Shown here: piece by piece, positions 62,113 through 64,000 of the stretch | Position numbering within the stretch: the stretch's first letter is position 1 | Layout of the letters: each line of letters begins with the position of its first letter | Assembly (NCBI GenBank): GCA_052327205.1 | Contig: CM126213.1 | Location: 107,880,001-107,944,000 of the forward strand | Source of the DNA: Somniosus microcephalus | Lineage: Eukaryota | Length of the DNA: 64,000 nt | Direction of reading: 5' to 3' | The notes under the pieces: generated by a model | The model's database searches: none | What the model was told of the DNA's origin: nothing | What the model saw: the letters and a program-made list of their open reading frames with translations, nothing else | Made by a program: the position numbers and the translations under genes

Positions 62113-63317
62113 TAGGCCTTTCAGGAGTGAAATTAGGAAACACTCCTACACCCCATGCTTACTGGTTTTAGGGCATAGTCTTTACTAATATTAATAATTT
62201 AGCTGCAACAATAGATTTGAGGTTACATATTCTGATTTATTTCTTCACAATGTGTGCATGAATTCCAACCAAATTATTTAGTTACTGGATCAAAATTTTA
62301 GGTTTATGCAACATAATTTTGATCAGAAACAATTTAAATTTGGCCCTCTTGGGAAATGAAACTTTCTTTTAGTTTTGTGTATGATTGCACTGAAATCATT
62401 GAAGATTAGTTGTTCTTGAATCATTCCTGAAATAAATATAGTTAATCGAGAACTTTCTGAATAAACTGGAAGACCATGGAGAGAGCTTAGAACTTGTTGA
62501 CTAACTCTTTAATTCTCACCCATCTAGACATTTTTTGGCACTGTTTATTTAGTATCAAGAGTTTATTTCATGAGCTGAGGAACCTTGCATCAATACTGAT
62601 ATAAAATCAATAAAATCTCCATGTACTAAATCTCAACAACCGACATGTATTTAAAATTGTCATGTTCATCATATAATAAAAACTGTATATGTGCATGCAT
62701 TTGTTATCTCATTTTGGACTTCCTGTATTGACAGTCAAATTACTTGCAGCTGATTGGTTCATATGCAATTTTTTTCCAGCAATCTTTAAAAAAAAACCAA
62801 GTCAGTCATTTGGAATGTGCACAACAACTTCACTACCAACAGAAAATAGATTAAAAACTTTGTCAGAATGTCTGTCACCAGTGACTTAAACCTTAGCAAT
62901 CACACTTCGGAGGGCAGTGGAAGAGAGAAAACCAGTAAATTAATTCTGGATTCTGACTTGCAGCCTGAAAAACAATTGAACTCTGACCTCAACCTGCAAA
63001 ATTCCCTCCCTAAACAATTCAACTCTGAGCTGAAGTTGTATTTACTCAATGACAATTAGAGATTTTGTGACTTTAAAAGGACATGATTTCCTCTTACCTG
63101 GATAATACATAATGCATTATATTGATTAGCATTTGTCCTTATAAAGCAACATATTCAACTTCTCTTAAGCAATACCATGAGAGATATGCTAGTATTATAT
63201 TGATAAATTGGCACAGAAGTGTTCCCATCATTTTAAAATAACTGGGAGAAAATAATTTGCAATTTGAATTTGATTCTACTGTGCAGATGAAACAAGAAAC
63301 ATGAATTCTTGCTGAGG

Positions 63318-63830
63318 GTTCTGGGCACCACACCTTAGGAAGGCTATGTTGGCCTTGGAGGAAGTGCAGCGTAGATTAACCAGAATGATACCCGGATTTC
63401 AAGGGTTAAATTACGAGGAGAGATTACACAAATTAGGGTTGTATTCCTTGGAATTTAGAAGGTTAAAGGGCGATTTGATTGAAGTTATCAAGATATTAAG
63501 GGGACAGATAGGGTAGATAGAGAGAAATTATTTCCACTGTTTGGGGAGTCTAGGACTAGGGGGCATAGTCTAAAAATTAGAGCCAGGCCTTTCAGGAGTG
63601 AAATTAGGAAACACTCCTACACACAAAGGGTGGTAGAAGTTTAGAACTCTTTCTGCAAACGACAATTGATGCTAGATCAATTGTTAATTTTAAATCTGAG
63701 ACTGATGGATTTTTGTTAACCAAAGGTATTAAGGGATATGGGGCATAGGCGGGTATATGGAGTTAGGTCACAGCCGTGATCTCATTGAATGGTGGAACAA
63801 GGGGCTAAATGGCCTACTCCTGTTCCTATG
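63318..63830 (+). mobile_element. CR1 3' fragment
   Basis: FWAPHLRK..LEEVQRRLTRMIP..YEERLHKLGLYSLEFRRL and a CR1 tail. Confidence 0.9.
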
Positions 63831-64000
63831 AGGGCTCAATATTAGAGGACTGTTCTTTATATAATAAATGTAAATTCTTTACAGTTTTCTTCTAACATTG
63901 TTTGATTAACCTTGAAATGAAAAATAATTTCATTTGTGGCAAAATGGTTTTGCATTGATTTATTGTTGAACCAGTTAATGTGATGGGCCCAGACTGTTAA

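Noticed and set aside
53417-64000. HEATR5A coding exons
   Set aside because: No HEATR5A-like peptide was recognised; identity rests on synteny, so no gene symbol was assigned

Overview
Eukaryotic (vertebrate) genomic DNA. The repeat content (HE1/V-SINEs, Deu-SINEs, abundant CR1/L2 LINE fragments, Penelope-like elements) points to a cartilaginous fish (shark/ray). Host genes, all on the + strand: (1) an intact terminal exon at 14135-14481 encoding a coiled-coil C-terminus of Myb/SANT-like (Harbinger-type) proteins, with a long AT-rich 3' region; (2) a complete three-exon DTD2/ATD gene (36893-41986, 161 aa, PQATL and TNGPYTH motifs); (3) a CpG-island promoter and non-coding first exon at about 53.1-53.7 kb, probably HEATR5A by synteny only. 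Much of the rest is transposon debris. Most notable: a frameshifted PIF/Harbinger transposase relic about 3 kb upstream of the intact Myb/SANT-like exon (possible domestication); minimal hammerhead ribozyme motifs in Penelope termini; two solo LTRs with CTCF-like motifs; multi-level nested insertions with readable TSDs; a young CpG-rich palindromic MITE; an in-frame upstream ATG of DTD2 adding a presequence-like peptide; and a direct duplication bracketing DTD2 exons 1-2. Repeat boundaries are approximate unless TSDs are quoted. No database searches were run.
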